A DNA stretch of 64,000 nt from Candidatus Krumholzibacteriia bacterium (GCA_041484665.1 JBGPIA010000010.1:104421-168420), one strand, 5' to 3'. Positions 49,199 through 59,001 are shown, numbered from the stretch's first letter. Notes: a model not told the origin generated them from the sequence alone. Made by a program: numbers and translations.

Positions 49199-50965
49199 TC
49201 ACACGGCGGGCCGGCGCCGGTTCCAATCGGTTGCCTGCTGATAGGCCCATGCCACGGCGGCCGCCTCCCCTTCGCCGTAGAGCTTGCCGATCACCGTCAT
49301 GCTCGTGGGAGTCCCGTCCTCGCGGAAACCGTTGGGGAGCACGATCGCCGGATGCCCCGTGAGGTTCGTGGCGCGCAGCGTAGGGCCGGCGAACGCCGGA
49401 CAGACGTAGGCGTCCAGCCCCGCCACCGCTTGAGCGAAACGGCGGATCAGCAGGGTGCGCGCGCGCTGCGCCTGGACGTACTGCACGGCGGGCACCAGCT
49501 GCGCGGCCCTGAAGATGTTCGGCCAGGCCTGCTCGACCTGCCGCACCAGCTCGTCGTCGTGGTTGGTGCGCGTCAGCTCGTCGAAGGCGGCGGCGGCCTC
49601 CACCTCGAGCACGACCAGCATCTCGCCCACGGGCAGGTCCGGTAGCTCGATGGGCGTGAGCTCGAAGCCCAGCTGCTTGAGCACCTCGACCGCTTGCACG
49701 TCGATGGCGCGCTCCTTGTCCTGCTCCTTGCGCTCGCGCTCGAAGTCCGCGTGCGCGATTCCGACCTTCAGTGCGCGCGCGCCGCGCGGGTCGTGCCAGG
49801 ACAGCGGCGCCGTCACCGCGTCGGGATCGACGCCGTCGGCGCCATGGATGGCGTGCAGCACGATCGCTGCGTCCTGCGCGCTGCGCGCGATCGCGCCCAC
49901 TTTGTCCATCGTCCAGCTCAAGGCCATGCCGCCCGTGCGCGGCACGCGGCCAAAGGTGGGACGGAGCCCCGTGGCGCCGCAGCGTGAGCACGGCGAGACG
50001 ATCGACCCCAGGGTCTCCGTACCGATGGCGAAGGGAAGGCCGCCCGCGGCCACCGCCGACGATGACCCCGCCGACGAACCGCTGGAACCCTGGTCGAGCT
50101 TCCACGGGTTCTTGGTCGTCCCGCCGAACCAGACGTCGCCCCACGCCAGCTCGCCCACGGCCGTCTTGGCGATCAGCACGGCCCCAGCCGCGTCCAGACG
50201 TTGCACGACCGTGGCGTCCTGGTCGATGCGCTGCTCCTTGAACGGCACGCTGCCCCAGGTGGTGGGCATGCCGCGCACCGCGAACAGGTCCTTCAGCCCC
50301 CACGGGATCCCGTGCAGCGGCCCGCGCCACTTGCCCGCGCGCAGCTCTAGGTCGGCGCGCGCCGCCTGCTCCAGCGCGCGGTCGTCGGTGAAGGTGATGA
50401 CGCATTGCAGCTTCTCGTCGAGGCGGCGCAGGCGCGCCAGGAACATCTTCGTGAGGTCGGTCGAAGAGACCTTGCGCTGGCGCAGCAGCGCCGCCAGCAC
50501 GGTCACCGGAGCGAAGGCCAGGTCCTCCAGATTGGCGGGCGCGGCCTGGGTGGAGAAGCCGTCGGCGCCGGCGCGCGCGGGAGGTGCCACCATCCACGGC
50601 GGCAGCGGCTCGCGCCGGGGCGGGTCGCTGGACACCGGCACCGGCGGCGCGCTGCTGGGCAGCGACGATAGCGGCCGGAAGCTCGTCGCCGGCGGGATGT
50701 CATTGCCGAGCTTGAGGTCGCGGATCGCCTTGATGGCGGCGACGTGCTCGCCCACCGCCTTGCCCATCAGCTCGCGCTCGGCGCCGTCGAACGAGATGCC
50801 GGTGAGCTGCTCGGCACGGGCGATCACGTCCGCGGCCACCTTGAGTGGCTCGCTCTCCGGTTGCTGGGCGGTCAGGATCTCGGGCACCAATGTCGCGCCG
50901 GCGGCCAGCGCGGCGGCACGGGTCAGGAAATCACGACGGGACCAGGGGGCAGGCGGAGACGACAT
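49199..50965 (-). CDS. Amidase signature enzyme with Tat signal
   Basis: WSRRDFL; GPLHGIPWGLKD, GSSGSSAGS, IGTETLGSI. Confidence 0.9.
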   Translation of the reverse strand: MSSPPAPWSRRDFLTRAAALAAGATLVPEILTAQQPESEPLKVAADVIARAEQLTGISFDGAERELMGKAVGEHVAAIKAIRDLKLGNDIPPATSFRPLSSLPSSAPPVPVSSDPPRREPLPPWMVAPPARAGADGFSTQAAPANLEDLAFAPVTVLAALLRQRKVSSTDLTKMFLARLRRLDEKLQCVITFTDDRALEQAARADLELRAGKWRGPLHGIPWGLKDLFAVRGMPTTWGSVPFKEQRIDQDATVVQRLDAAGAVLIAKTAVGELAWGDVWFGGTTKNPWKLDQGSSGSSAGSSSAVAAGGLPFAIGTETLGSIVSPCSRCGATGLRPTFGRVPRTGGMALSWTMDKVGAIARSAQDAAIVLHAIHGADGVDPDAVTAPLSWHDPRGARALKVGIAHADFERERKEQDKERAIDVQAVEVLKQLGFELTPIELPDLPVGEMLVVLEVEAAAAFDELTRTNHDDELVRQVEQAWPNIFRAAQLVPAVQYVQAQRARTLLIRRFAQAVAGLDAYVCPAFAGPTLRATNLTGHPAIVLPNGFREDGTPTSMTVIGKLYGEGEAAAVAWAYQQATDWNRRRPAV

Positions 50966-51055
50966 CTGGAGCACCTCGCGGCACGCGGGGGAGGGGCGGA
51001 ATCCGGCGGCCGCAAGCATAGCGAGCGGCGCCCCGCTTGTCCTGCTCGCATCCAT

Positions 51056-51183
51056 GGTGGACACTCGGGCGGTCGGACTCAGGCGCGGACGGACACCCAT
51101 TAGGGATGGGCTCTTGCGCGCCTGGACGTCCGCGGGGATGGACACCCGCACGGATGGACGCCGGCGCGGCTGGATGTCCGCGC
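51056..51183. repeat. Eight degenerate ~16-bp tandem repeats (consensus ~GGATGGACRCCCGCGC)
   Basis: Units start at 51056, 51071, 51087, 51104, 51120, 51136, 51152 and 51168. Confidence 0.6.
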
Positions 51184-51200
51184 GCGCTCGGGAGAATGCC

Positions 51201-52094
51201 ATGGCCAAAGAACAGCGCTGGATCGGCGAGGCGGGAGCGGTTCCGTTGATGACCACGACGCTTTGGGACTTCCCGTCACAGAACTACAAGGGGGGCCAGG
51301 GCGGCGGCAAGCAGGGCGACCCGAACTTCGCGGGAGCCACGCCGAGCTTCGTGATCTGGAACCTGCTCCAGCGCTACACGCAGCCGAAGGACCTGGTGAT
51401 CGACCCCATGGCGGGCAGCGGGACCACGCTCGACGTCGCCCGTGATCTCGACCGGCGCGCGCTGGGCTACGATCTCGCTCCGGGACGCCCCGACATCTTC
51501 CGTGTAGATGCGCGCAAGCTTCCGCTGGAGAGCGAAAAGGCCGACTTCGTGTTCCTCGACCCGCCCTACTCCGCGCATCTCACCTATTCGGGCCAGGAAG
51601 AGTGCATCGGAGAGCTGGACGCGCGCCAGAGTGACGACTATTTCCGGGCGATGGACCAGGTGCTGGCCGAGATCCACCGCATCCTGCGCCCGGGACGTCA
51701 CGTCGCGCTGTACGCCTGCGACAGCTTCAAGAAGGACCGTCCGTTCGTCCCGATCGGATTTCGGCTGTTCGACCTGTTGGCGCGCCGCTTCGCGCCCGTG
51801 GACATCGTGGCCGTGGTCCGGCACAGCCGCACGCTCAAGCGCCATCACTGGCACACCGCGGCCGCAGAGGGGAACTACTACCTGCGCGGCTTCAACTATC
51901 TGCTCATCGGGCGCAAAGAAGGCCCCGCGCGGGCGGGCGAGCGAGCGCCGGCGCAGCGTGCGCCACGACCACCACGGCAACCACGATCACCGCACGGCAA
52001 GCGTGGCGCGGCGGACGCCCGCGGCCCGGGTCACGCGGCGGGCGGCGCTGCGAGCGGCGGTGGGCGCCCGAAACGCCGCCGGAGGACTCCATGA
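51201..52094 (+). CDS. Orphan amino-methyltransferase (N4-C/N6-A type)
   Basis: SAM motif VIDPMAGSGTT, then catalytic FLDPPY; no adjacent endonuclease; alternative start at 51249. Confidence 0.8.
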   Translation: MAKEQRWIGEAGAVPLMTTTLWDFPSQNYKGGQGGGKQGDPNFAGATPSFVIWNLLQRYTQPKDLVIDPMAGSGTTLDVARDLDRRALGYDLAPGRPDIFRVDARKLPLESEKADFVFLDPPYSAHLTYSGQEECIGELDARQSDDYFRAMDQVLAEIHRILRPGRHVALYACDSFKKDRPFVPIGFRLFDLLARRFAPVDIVAVVRHSRTLKRHHWHTAAAEGNYYLRGFNYLLIGRKEGPARAGERAPAQRAPRPPRQPRSPHGKRGAADARGPGHAAGGAASGGGRPKRRRRTP

Positions 52095-52654
52095 CACTGC
52101 AACCTTGGGTACGCCGCGAGGAGCGGATCATCGCCGACACGTCCATCTTCCAGGTGCGCAGCGTGCTGGCCCGCTCGCCCCGCACGGGCGAGGACCGCTG
52201 GCTGTCGGTGGTCACGACCGGTGACTGGATCAACGTGATCGCGCTGACGGACGACGGACACGTGGTGCTCGTGCGCCAGTTCCGCCACGGCACCCGCGAG
52301 TTCACCCTCGAGATCCCGGGCGGGCTGATCGACCCGGGGGAGACTCCCGCACAAGCCGGCGCCCGCGAGCTGCGGGAGGAATCCGGCTACGCGGGTGGGG
52401 AGCCGGTGTCGTTGGGTGTGGTGAACCCCAACCCCGCCTTCATCAACAACCGCTGCCACACGGTGCTGATCGAGGGGTGCCGCCGGGTCGGCGACCCCCA
52501 ACCGGACGGCGGCGAGGACATCGAAACCGAGCTGCGGCCGCTGTCGACCATCCCGCAGGCGATCGCGTCCGGGGAGATCGACCACGCGCTGGTCATCTGC
52601 GCCTTCTGGTGGCTCGCCCAGGCGAGGCCCGGGCGATTCGTTGCCGCGCCGTAA
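52091..52654 (+). CDS. NUDIX hydrolase (ADP-ribose pyrophosphatase-like)
   Basis: Nudix box GLIDPGETPAQAGARELREESG; ATGA overlap. Confidence 0.9.
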   Translation: MTLQPWVRREERIIADTSIFQVRSVLARSPRTGEDRWLSVVTTGDWINVIALTDDGHVVLVRQFRHGTREFTLEIPGGLIDPGETPAQAGARELREESGYAGGEPVSLGVVNPNPAFINNRCHTVLIEGCRRVGDPQPDGGEDIETELRPLSTIPQAIASGEIDHALVICAFWWLAQARPGRFVAAP

Positions 52655-52678
52655 CCTGCAGGCGAGTTCCTGCGTCCT
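52651..52678 (+). promoter_or_regulatory. ECF-sigma-type promoter
   Basis: GTAAC-17 nt-CGTC upstream of the DUF4097 gene. Confidence 0.45.
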
Positions 52679-52700
52679 GTGCTTTGAGGAGGGATCGACC

Positions 52701-53627
52701 ATGACGCGATGCGCTGCGGGGCCCCGGGCCCTCATACTATTATCGGTTGCACTGTTGCTGCTGGCGGCCCTGCCCGCGGCGGCCCGGGTGGAGAAGACGA
52801 TGGCGCTGACGCCCGGCGGGACCTTCGTGCTGGACGCCGAGGGCAGCAAGATCGTCGTGACCGGCTCCGACCGGACCGACATCCATATGGTGATGGACGG
52901 CAAGAACGAGCGGACGGAGGCGCGATTCGACCTCCAGATCCGCGAGGAGCCGGGCCGCGTGGAGGTGCGCTGTCATCGCAAGCACGCCGAGTTCTTGTCG
53001 TGGATCAACTTCAGCATGGCGCCTGACCTCACATTCGAGGTCGAGGTGCCACGCCAGGTCGCCCTGGACCTGCGCACAGCTGGCTCGTCGATCACGGTGG
53101 AGTCCATCCAGGGTCATGTCCGTCTGCGCAGCGCTGGCGGATCGCTCGATGCCCGCGCGGTCGAGGGGGATGTGGACGCCCACACAAGCGGGGGCTCGAT
53201 CAAGTTGGAGAAGGTGACGGGATCGGTCAGCGCCGAGACCTCCGGCGGCGGGATCCAGGCCCGGGAGGTCAGGGGCAAGCTGGATGCGCAATCCTCCGGC
53301 GGCGGGATCGAAATCGTGGACGCGGGCGGCCGGGTGCAGGCTGGGACGTCGGGAGGATCGGCGCGCGTCGCGTTCGCGGCAGGCAACTCCGAGGGCGGCG
53401 AGATCTCGGCGTCGGGCGGTGGGGTCCACGTCGAGCTGGATGCGGCGGCGGGCGTCGAGCTCGATGCGTCGGCGTCGGGCGGGTCGGTCAAGTGCGAGCT
53501 GCCCATCAGCATCGCCGGCAGCGCCTCAAGCACGCAGCTGCACGGGCGGATCGGCGCCGGGGGCCCAGCCCTGAAGCTGCGCGCATCCGGCGGAAGCGTG
53601 CGGGTCCAGGGGCGCGCGACCGGTTGA
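52701..53627 (+). CDS. Secreted DUF4097 beta-strand repeat protein
   Basis: GAGGAGG RBS; signal peptide; repeated A.TSGG.I units. Confidence 0.85.
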   Translation: MTRCAAGPRALILLSVALLLLAALPAAARVEKTMALTPGGTFVLDAEGSKIVVTGSDRTDIHMVMDGKNERTEARFDLQIREEPGRVEVRCHRKHAEFLSWINFSMAPDLTFEVEVPRQVALDLRTAGSSITVESIQGHVRLRSAGGSLDARAVEGDVDAHTSGGSIKLEKVTGSVSAETSGGGIQAREVRGKLDAQSSGGGIEIVDAGGRVQAGTSGGSARVAFAAGNSEGGEISASGGGVHVELDAAAGVELDASASGGSVKCELPISIAGSASSTQLHGRIGAGGPALKLRASGGSVRVQGRATG

Positions 53628-53687
53628 GGGCCGCCAGCCCACCCACCCAGCGCGCGAGCGGCTCGCAGCGCGGTGCGTTCACCAAAG

Positions 53688-53718
53688 GGTCACGAGTTGG
53701 AGTCCCACCCGGGGAGCC
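53688..53718 (+). other. Degenerate tRNA 3' half (tRNA-Asn-like), possible att-site remnant
   Basis: GGTC-acgag-TTGGAGT-CCCAC-CCGGGGA-G-CC resembles T-arm, acceptor 3' strand and discriminator; no 5' half upstream. Confidence 0.5.
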
Positions 53719-53763
53719 GACTGATCCGACCTCGGAAAGCGATGCCCCGCGGGTTGACGCAGA

Positions 53764-53787
53764 CCCCGCTCTCGCATGGGAGCGGGG
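53764..53787. terminator. GC hairpin, terminator-like but lacking a U-tract
   Basis: CCCCGCTCTC-GCAT-GGGAGCGGGG. Confidence 0.35.
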
Positions 53788-54418
53788 CGCGTATATGTGC
53801 TGGAATCCGCAGGGTTTGCCACGGCCGCCGGGGGACGTGGTCTCTGTTTCGAGGAGCGTTGCGGACGGGGTCCGAATGAAAACCTCGGAAACGAGTCGAA
53901 GCGTCTCATTCTCTAGGGTTCTGGCTTCGGGACGGCCGGGCGTTTGACACAGATTGAGCATCCGGGGGCCCGGGTGAGACGGCGTTCGGAAATAGACGCG
54001 GCAGGGCAGGACCCGCCTCCTTTCATCTGCACCTCACCGGCGGTGGGTCCCTGAGAACGCTCGCGTGTGCGCGATGGAGTTGGCGATTTCCTGCGCCGTT
54101 CGGAGCTCGAAGGAGACGACGACACGTTCGAAGAACGGAAGCTGCGGCTCCCAGCGGCGGCGTTGCGATGCGACCAGCACGATGCCCCCTTCCAGGCGGG
54201 GCTTGATCCGCCCGTCACACCGCGTCACACGCCGCATGATCGAGCGCCGATCGATTGCGAGCCCCTCGCCGACAGCCCACTCCGACCATCCAAGAGCCCG
54301 CGAAGGCGCCGTGCGCGTCGGTGCGCGTTGACCCTCGCGGACACGACCCCGATCCACTACACTCCGACCAGGTCTCGCCCGCCAAGTCCGTTGCCCGTCT
54401 CGCCCAAATGGAGGTCCC

Positions 54419-55759
54419 ATGTCCACAACGCACCAGGCGCCCAAGTCTCGTCACTCGACCCGGCAACTGTGCCGCGGCCTTCGTACCATCTTCGTGGTCC
54501 TGTCCCTTCTGGCCCCTGCGGGGCGCGGAAACGCAGACTGCACCGACCACTCGATCTTGCCGTATAGGTGGTGCTCGTCACTGGACATCCCGGTCTGGTG
54601 GGGAGACGGTCTTAGGTCGGCTTGCAATGGCAGCGGCAGTGAGGCGGTGGAATGCGAGCGCTGGCGAGCTGCGGTACGCGCTGTCATGCAGGAATTCAAC
54701 CCCGGGGCGGTCATCGAGCTCGACACTGCCCCGTTCCTGTTCGAGGCAGGACTCTGGGATGGAATCACGAAGACGGGAATCGTCGTCAGTCTCGACCATT
54801 TGGGACTGCAGGACTGCACCCCGGGCCAGGCATTCGACGAGCATATGGGACACATGCATCCCAACCTGTTTCCACCGACGGGCGCACCGCTCGGGTCCCT
54901 GCAATTCGCCGAAGTCGTTTTCAACCTTGACGCACCGTGGGATCTTCCCGCGTTCCATCGGACGACCGTGGCGCGACACGAGTTCATGCACGCCCTGGGA
55001 GTGGGCCATGCCACCGGCGGGAACTGTCTGATGAACCCCAGTTTAGCCTGCGGCGTGACGAAAACGATTGACGAGAGCGCGTGGGCAGGCTTGCGCTGCA
55101 TGTACGGCGATCCGTTTGGTTCGTGCACCGGCTCGATTGCGATCGATGTCTTGAGCACCACGGGGTTTAACGTCGTTTTCGCCACCGGGATATGTGGCTG
55201 CAACTCGGGCGGTTGCCAGGTGCCCAAAGCGGCCCAGCCCGTCGCCCTCACCTACGAGTTTGCGCTCAGCGAGTCCGGTGGGCCCTACACCGTCTTCGCG
55301 TCAGTCGATGAGAGCAACCTCGTGAACCATGAGTACGCTCACGAGTTCACGCAATCCTACCAATCGGCGATGGTGCGGCTGCGCGCCCTGAACGGAACGT
55401 CGCTCGTGGGCGAGGCGTTCACCCTGTACCCGATCACCATCGGGGCCACCAGTACGGCGCTCCCACCCGCCGTGGCAACGCAACAGCCGTTGCGTCTGCT
55501 GAGCTCGCCGAATCCCTTCGCGAGCGAAACCGTCCTCTCGTTCGCGCTCACTATCGACCAGATGGTGGAAATCGTCGTCTACGACACGGCCGGGCGTCGC
55601 GTGGCGACCGTACACTCGGGAAGACTGGGTCCCGGCCAGCACGAGATCGCCTGGAACGGTCGCCTCGACAACGGGGCCCCGGCTGCCAGCGGGATCTATC
55701 ATTGCGTTGTGCGGACCGAAAACAGCATCACGACGAAGACGCTGGCCAAGGTGCGCTGA
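54419..55759 (+). CDS. Secreted metzincin (matrixin-like) with C-terminal FlgD-type Ig domain
   Basis: GGAGG RBS; signal peptide; HEFMHALGVGH, Met-turn CLMNP; C-terminal PNPF...VYDTAGRRVA...WNG...SGIY. Confidence 0.82.
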   Translation: MSTTHQAPKSRHSTRQLCRGLRTIFVVLSLLAPAGRGNADCTDHSILPYRWCSSLDIPVWWGDGLRSACNGSGSEAVECERWRAAVRAVMQEFNPGAVIELDTAPFLFEAGLWDGITKTGIVVSLDHLGLQDCTPGQAFDEHMGHMHPNLFPPTGAPLGSLQFAEVVFNLDAPWDLPAFHRTTVARHEFMHALGVGHATGGNCLMNPSLACGVTKTIDESAWAGLRCMYGDPFGSCTGSIAIDVLSTTGFNVVFATGICGCNSGGCQVPKAAQPVALTYEFALSESGGPYTVFASVDESNLVNHEYAHEFTQSYQSAMVRLRALNGTSLVGEAFTLYPITIGATSTALPPAVATQQPLRLLSSPNPFASETVLSFALTIDQMVEIVVYDTAGRRVATVHSGRLGPGQHEIAWNGRLDNGAPAASGIYHCVVRTENSITTKTLAKVR

Positions 55760-55824
55760 TGACGGTTGCTGACGGGGACCATTGACCTGGCGGTCGGCAG
55801 AGGGGCGCTGGCACGGCGGTTCGC

Positions 55825-56018
55825 TAACGTGCCACCGACCGTCGGTCCCTTTCCTGTGTTAGTCCAGTCGCCATCTGCGGCCCTTGCCAGCAGGCTTCTG
55901 ATCGGTGCCCTCAGCTCAATCGCTTCTGGGGCTGGCGGCCGGTCGCCCAGCGAGCTGTGCGGCCGGCCGCGATTCTACTCCTCCCGCGCGGCGGGCGGGG
56001 CAGGCTGGAGCTGTGATC
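55825..56018 (-). mobile_element. IS3-family right-end remnant fused to a conserved 30-nt module (repeat copy 1)
   Basis: 55825-55975 aligns with the reverse complement of 61869-62019; core 55955-56018 is shared with copies 2 and 3. Confidence 0.75.
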
Positions 56019-56203
56019 CTGGGCTGGGCGGGCGTGGTGTCCGGGCAGCATTGCGCCCGGCCATCAGCGCGGAACGTACACTGGCGGCAGCCTGATCGAC
56101 CTTCCACGCCGCGCCTACCAGCCGGGGGCCTTCCCTTGCTGTTGTCAGGGGCGTATGCTCCCGGTCGGGCTCCGCTCGCCTCGACCCCTTGGAGGTGGCG
56201 CAC

Positions 56204-57364
56204 ATGCGGATTGCTCTCGCCCTCACCGCGGCCTTGATGACCGCAGTTTGTCCCGCGACCGGCAGCGCTAAAGAGGTTCTCTTCTACGAGCATTTCGACC
56301 CTGGCTTCACGGCAGCCGGCTGGGTGCTGAACCAGGTCAATGACGGCTCGTGGTCGGTGGATTCCAGTGTCTACCACTTGACAGCAGGTTCACTGAGGCT
56401 CGACGGGCTGGTCGGGAACCTGTATCTGTCCCGCGACATGGGCCAGTCGATGGAGAACACCATTTTCGAGGCCTGGTTCTACGACGGGCTGGAATCGCAG
56501 AAAGAGACCTACGTTTCAGTGTCGGCCGACGCGAATTATCTTGGATCGACCGGGAATCACCTGAGGATCGGCGTAGACTACTGCGCCTCGGCGAGCGGCA
56601 GCTACCGGGTGGTTGAGGGGTTTACAGGACCTGGTGGGCCCGCGCGCAGTCTCGGGTGGCACAAGGCCACGTTCGAGAACGTCGGAGGTATCAACCGCTG
56701 CTACATCGACGGTCAGCTGGTCGACTCCACAGCGTTCCAGGGGAACTGGCGGTATCTCATTCTCAATGAAGAGAACAGCTGTCCCGGAACGTCCTGGTTC
56801 GACGATGTGCTGGTCTACCGCCCCGGTACAGCGTTCCCTGTCGATCCCACGCACAGTACCGCGACAGGCGGTATGGCCACCACCATTCTCACCTGCCCGG
56901 CGCGTGATGGACCGTCCCTGGCAAGCGGCGGAGCGACGATCCAAGTTCGAGTACGCGACGTGGCCGGCAATCTTGTCACGGGATTCCCGTCCGCTGACAT
57001 CTGGCTGTCCATCGAGGCGGGTGACGCGGTGGCCTTCTGCCCTCCGCGCTTCACCGCCGATCACGACACCGACGCCAGCGGGCAGACCACCATCAGCGGG
57101 ACACCGGCAGCTGGAGGATGTTCCCAGGCCGGGCTGCGCGTCATGCTCGCCGGCCAGCCGATCACCGGCTCGCCTCCGCTACCGATCAGCGTGAATAGCC
57201 CTGACATGACCGGGGACCTGCGCGTGAACCTGGGCGACATCGGGCCGTTCTCTGCGGCACTCAATGGGGCCTACATCTTCTGCGCCGACTTCTACCGCGA
57301 CAACGTAATCAACCTGGTGGACGTGTCGATCATGTCGCAGCACCTGGGGCACGTGTGCCAGTAG
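56204..57364 (+). CDS. Secreted protein: lectin/LamG-like N-terminus, Ig-like region and C-terminal dockerin/EF-hand-like pair
   Basis: GGAGG RBS; signal peptide; SPDMTGDLRVNLGD and CADFYRDNVINLVD loops. Confidence 0.75.
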   Translation: MRIALALTAALMTAVCPATGSAKEVLFYEHFDPGFTAAGWVLNQVNDGSWSVDSSVYHLTAGSLRLDGLVGNLYLSRDMGQSMENTIFEAWFYDGLESQKETYVSVSADANYLGSTGNHLRIGVDYCASASGSYRVVEGFTGPGGPARSLGWHKATFENVGGINRCYIDGQLVDSTAFQGNWRYLILNEENSCPGTSWFDDVLVYRPGTAFPVDPTHSTATGGMATTILTCPARDGPSLASGGATIQVRVRDVAGNLVTGFPSADIWLSIEAGDAVAFCPPRFTADHDTDASGQTTISGTPAAGGCSQAGLRVMLAGQPITGSPPLPISVNSPDMTGDLRVNLGDIGPFSAALNGAYIFCADFYRDNVINLVDVSIMSQHLGHVCQ

Positions 57365-57435
57365 GGATGTGCCTGGTCCCGACCACATGCCGGCTCTTGA
57401 CTGCACGCTCCTGCCCCGGGTCCACCACCCGCGAC

Positions 57436-57523
57436 GCTGGTGGGCCGTAGCCCAGCGAGCTGTGCGGCCGGCCACGATTGTACTCCTCCCGCGCGGCGGG
57501 CGGGGCAGGCTGGAGATGTGATC
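57436..57523 (-). mobile_element. IS3-derived repeat, copy 2
   Basis: Minus strand encodes REEYNRGRPHSSLGYGPPA; core 57460-57523 matches copy 1 at 61 of 64 nt. Confidence 0.75.
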
Positions 57524-57869
57524 GCGGCCCAGCCGGCCGCGGTGTCCAGGGCTTGGGGCATCCTGCGTTCAATCCGGAACGGGGCACCCGGGGCCCGATC
57601 GGGCCAAAGTTCGGAAGCGACGGATCGCGCGACCGTGGCAGTGGACATCGCTGCCGGGGAGGTCGGGCCGGCTCACCAGCGACGAGCGAAATCCCGGATC
57701 TGCCCGCCAGCCGAGCCGGCGGTGCCACGAGCGTGCGGCAGGGGGCAGACACGTCGCGGTGGGAGGCGTATCGTCGAGGGGCGCGGACGGAACCCGTTAT
57801 CCCTGCCGGCCGGGAGCTGTCATGGGGCGCCAACCAAAGCAACACAACACTGCCAATTCCTATTCGCGA

Positions 57870-58523
57870 GTGCGCTCGACGCAGATACTCTTCTCGGTCG
57901 TCTTGCCTGCAGCCTGTCTTGCGGTCGTCAGCGTCTGGTCGCCCACCGTGCCGCACAGGAGCCAGCTTCCAGCAGCCGGCCACTGTGAACCGAACCTTGT
58001 GCAACTGCGTCTTTCGTGGAGCGCGCTCGCGGAACAAGAGACGACGAACGCAGCCGTAGGGGACACAGTCGCCGTGCACCTACTTCTCGACTCAGTACCC
58101 GGGTGTTGCCCCGGCATTACGTTCGGCTGGGTTTACGGTCAGAACTCCTTCGGAGTGGGCACCCGGTTCGACCTACTTAGTTTTTCCGCTGCATTCCCCG
58201 CCATCATCGATGAGCCAACGTCTCGGCGCCCCGACTCCCTCGCCGTCCGTCCCCAAGAGTGCATTCCGTTGGCTCCCCATCTGCTCATCTGCACTTGGAG
58301 GCTGCGGGTATCCAACAATACCCCGAGCGCCTACGCTTATCCGATTGGCTTCGATTTTGGCGGAGTACAAGCATCCGGGATGGCAGTGTGCGACTCCTGC
58401 ACGACCGGGACGCCCACCTGCTACGGAGCTGAAGACCTCATCTGCAATACACTCCAGCTTCGTCTAACCCAGGTCCCCGTAGTACCCCGTACGTTTTCCG
58501 CCCTCAAAGCGGCGTTCCGATGA
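57870..58523 (+). CDS. Cys-rich secreted hypothetical protein with C-terminal VP...TFSALKAAFR motif
   Basis: Hydrophobic N-terminus after GTG 57870 (start uncertain; ORF open from 57759). Confidence 0.6.
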   Translation: MRSTQILFSVVLPAACLAVVSVWSPTVPHRSQLPAAGHCEPNLVQLRLSWSALAEQETTNAAVGDTVAVHLLLDSVPGCCPGITFGWVYGQNSFGVGTRFDLLSFSAAFPAIIDEPTSRRPDSLAVRPQECIPLAPHLLICTWRLRVSNNTPSAYAYPIGFDFGGVQASGMAVCDSCTTGTPTCYGAEDLICNTLQLRLTQVPVVPRTFSALKAAFR

Positions 58524-58694
58524 TCGGGCGAATCGGGACCAGATGGGGCCCGCACGGCAGATGCCGCCTTCCTTGGAGCATGGGGGTGCGGCAGCTGCAC
58601 GGGTGAGGGGCTATGCGACTCTCGCCGTGCCGGGTCCACGAAGGCGTTCACGCTGTCCCGACGGGAGGTTTCTAATCGCGCGCCTCGCCTCCAC

Positions 58695-58792
58695 CGCTTC
58701 CGGCGCCGGCGGGCGATAGGCGAGCCATCTGTGCGGCCGGATGCGATTGTACTCCACCCGCACGGCGGGCGGGGCAGGCTGGAAATGTGATC
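58695..58792 (-). mobile_element. IS3-derived repeat, copy 3
   Basis: Minus strand encodes RVEYNRIRPH...YRPPAPEA; core 58729-58792 matches copy 2 at 58 of 64 nt. Confidence 0.72.
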
Positions 58793-59001
58793 TTGGGCCG
58801 GGCAGTGCCGGCGTTCCGGCCGTTGGCAGTGCGTTGATCGACGGGTAGCGAGCATCGTCAGGGCCTGTGGGATTCTCAACTGCGATCGCCGGCCTGCTAG
58901 AGCGTCGAGGGAGTTACGCCACGTGCGTAAAGCCCCCAATTGCGCCAAGACCCTGCTGACGAGGAGAAGGGGCCATACCGGCTCGCGAGCCGTTCGCCCG
59001 A

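Noticed and set aside
51201..52094. Restriction-modification system
   Set aside because: No endonuclease or specificity subunit nearby; the substrate could even be RNA
54070..54130. GCGATGGAGTT, resembling a fluoride riboswitch
   Set aside because: The pseudoknot partner (GAUGACUCC) is missing and no crcB-type gene follows
54034..54444. 136-aa minus-strand ORF
   Set aside because: No recognisable motif or RBS; at most a gene fragment
55800..58800. Integron attC array or CRISPR
   Set aside because: No RYYYAAC/GTTRRRY boxes or integrase; repeats are kilobases apart and IS3-derived; no cas genes
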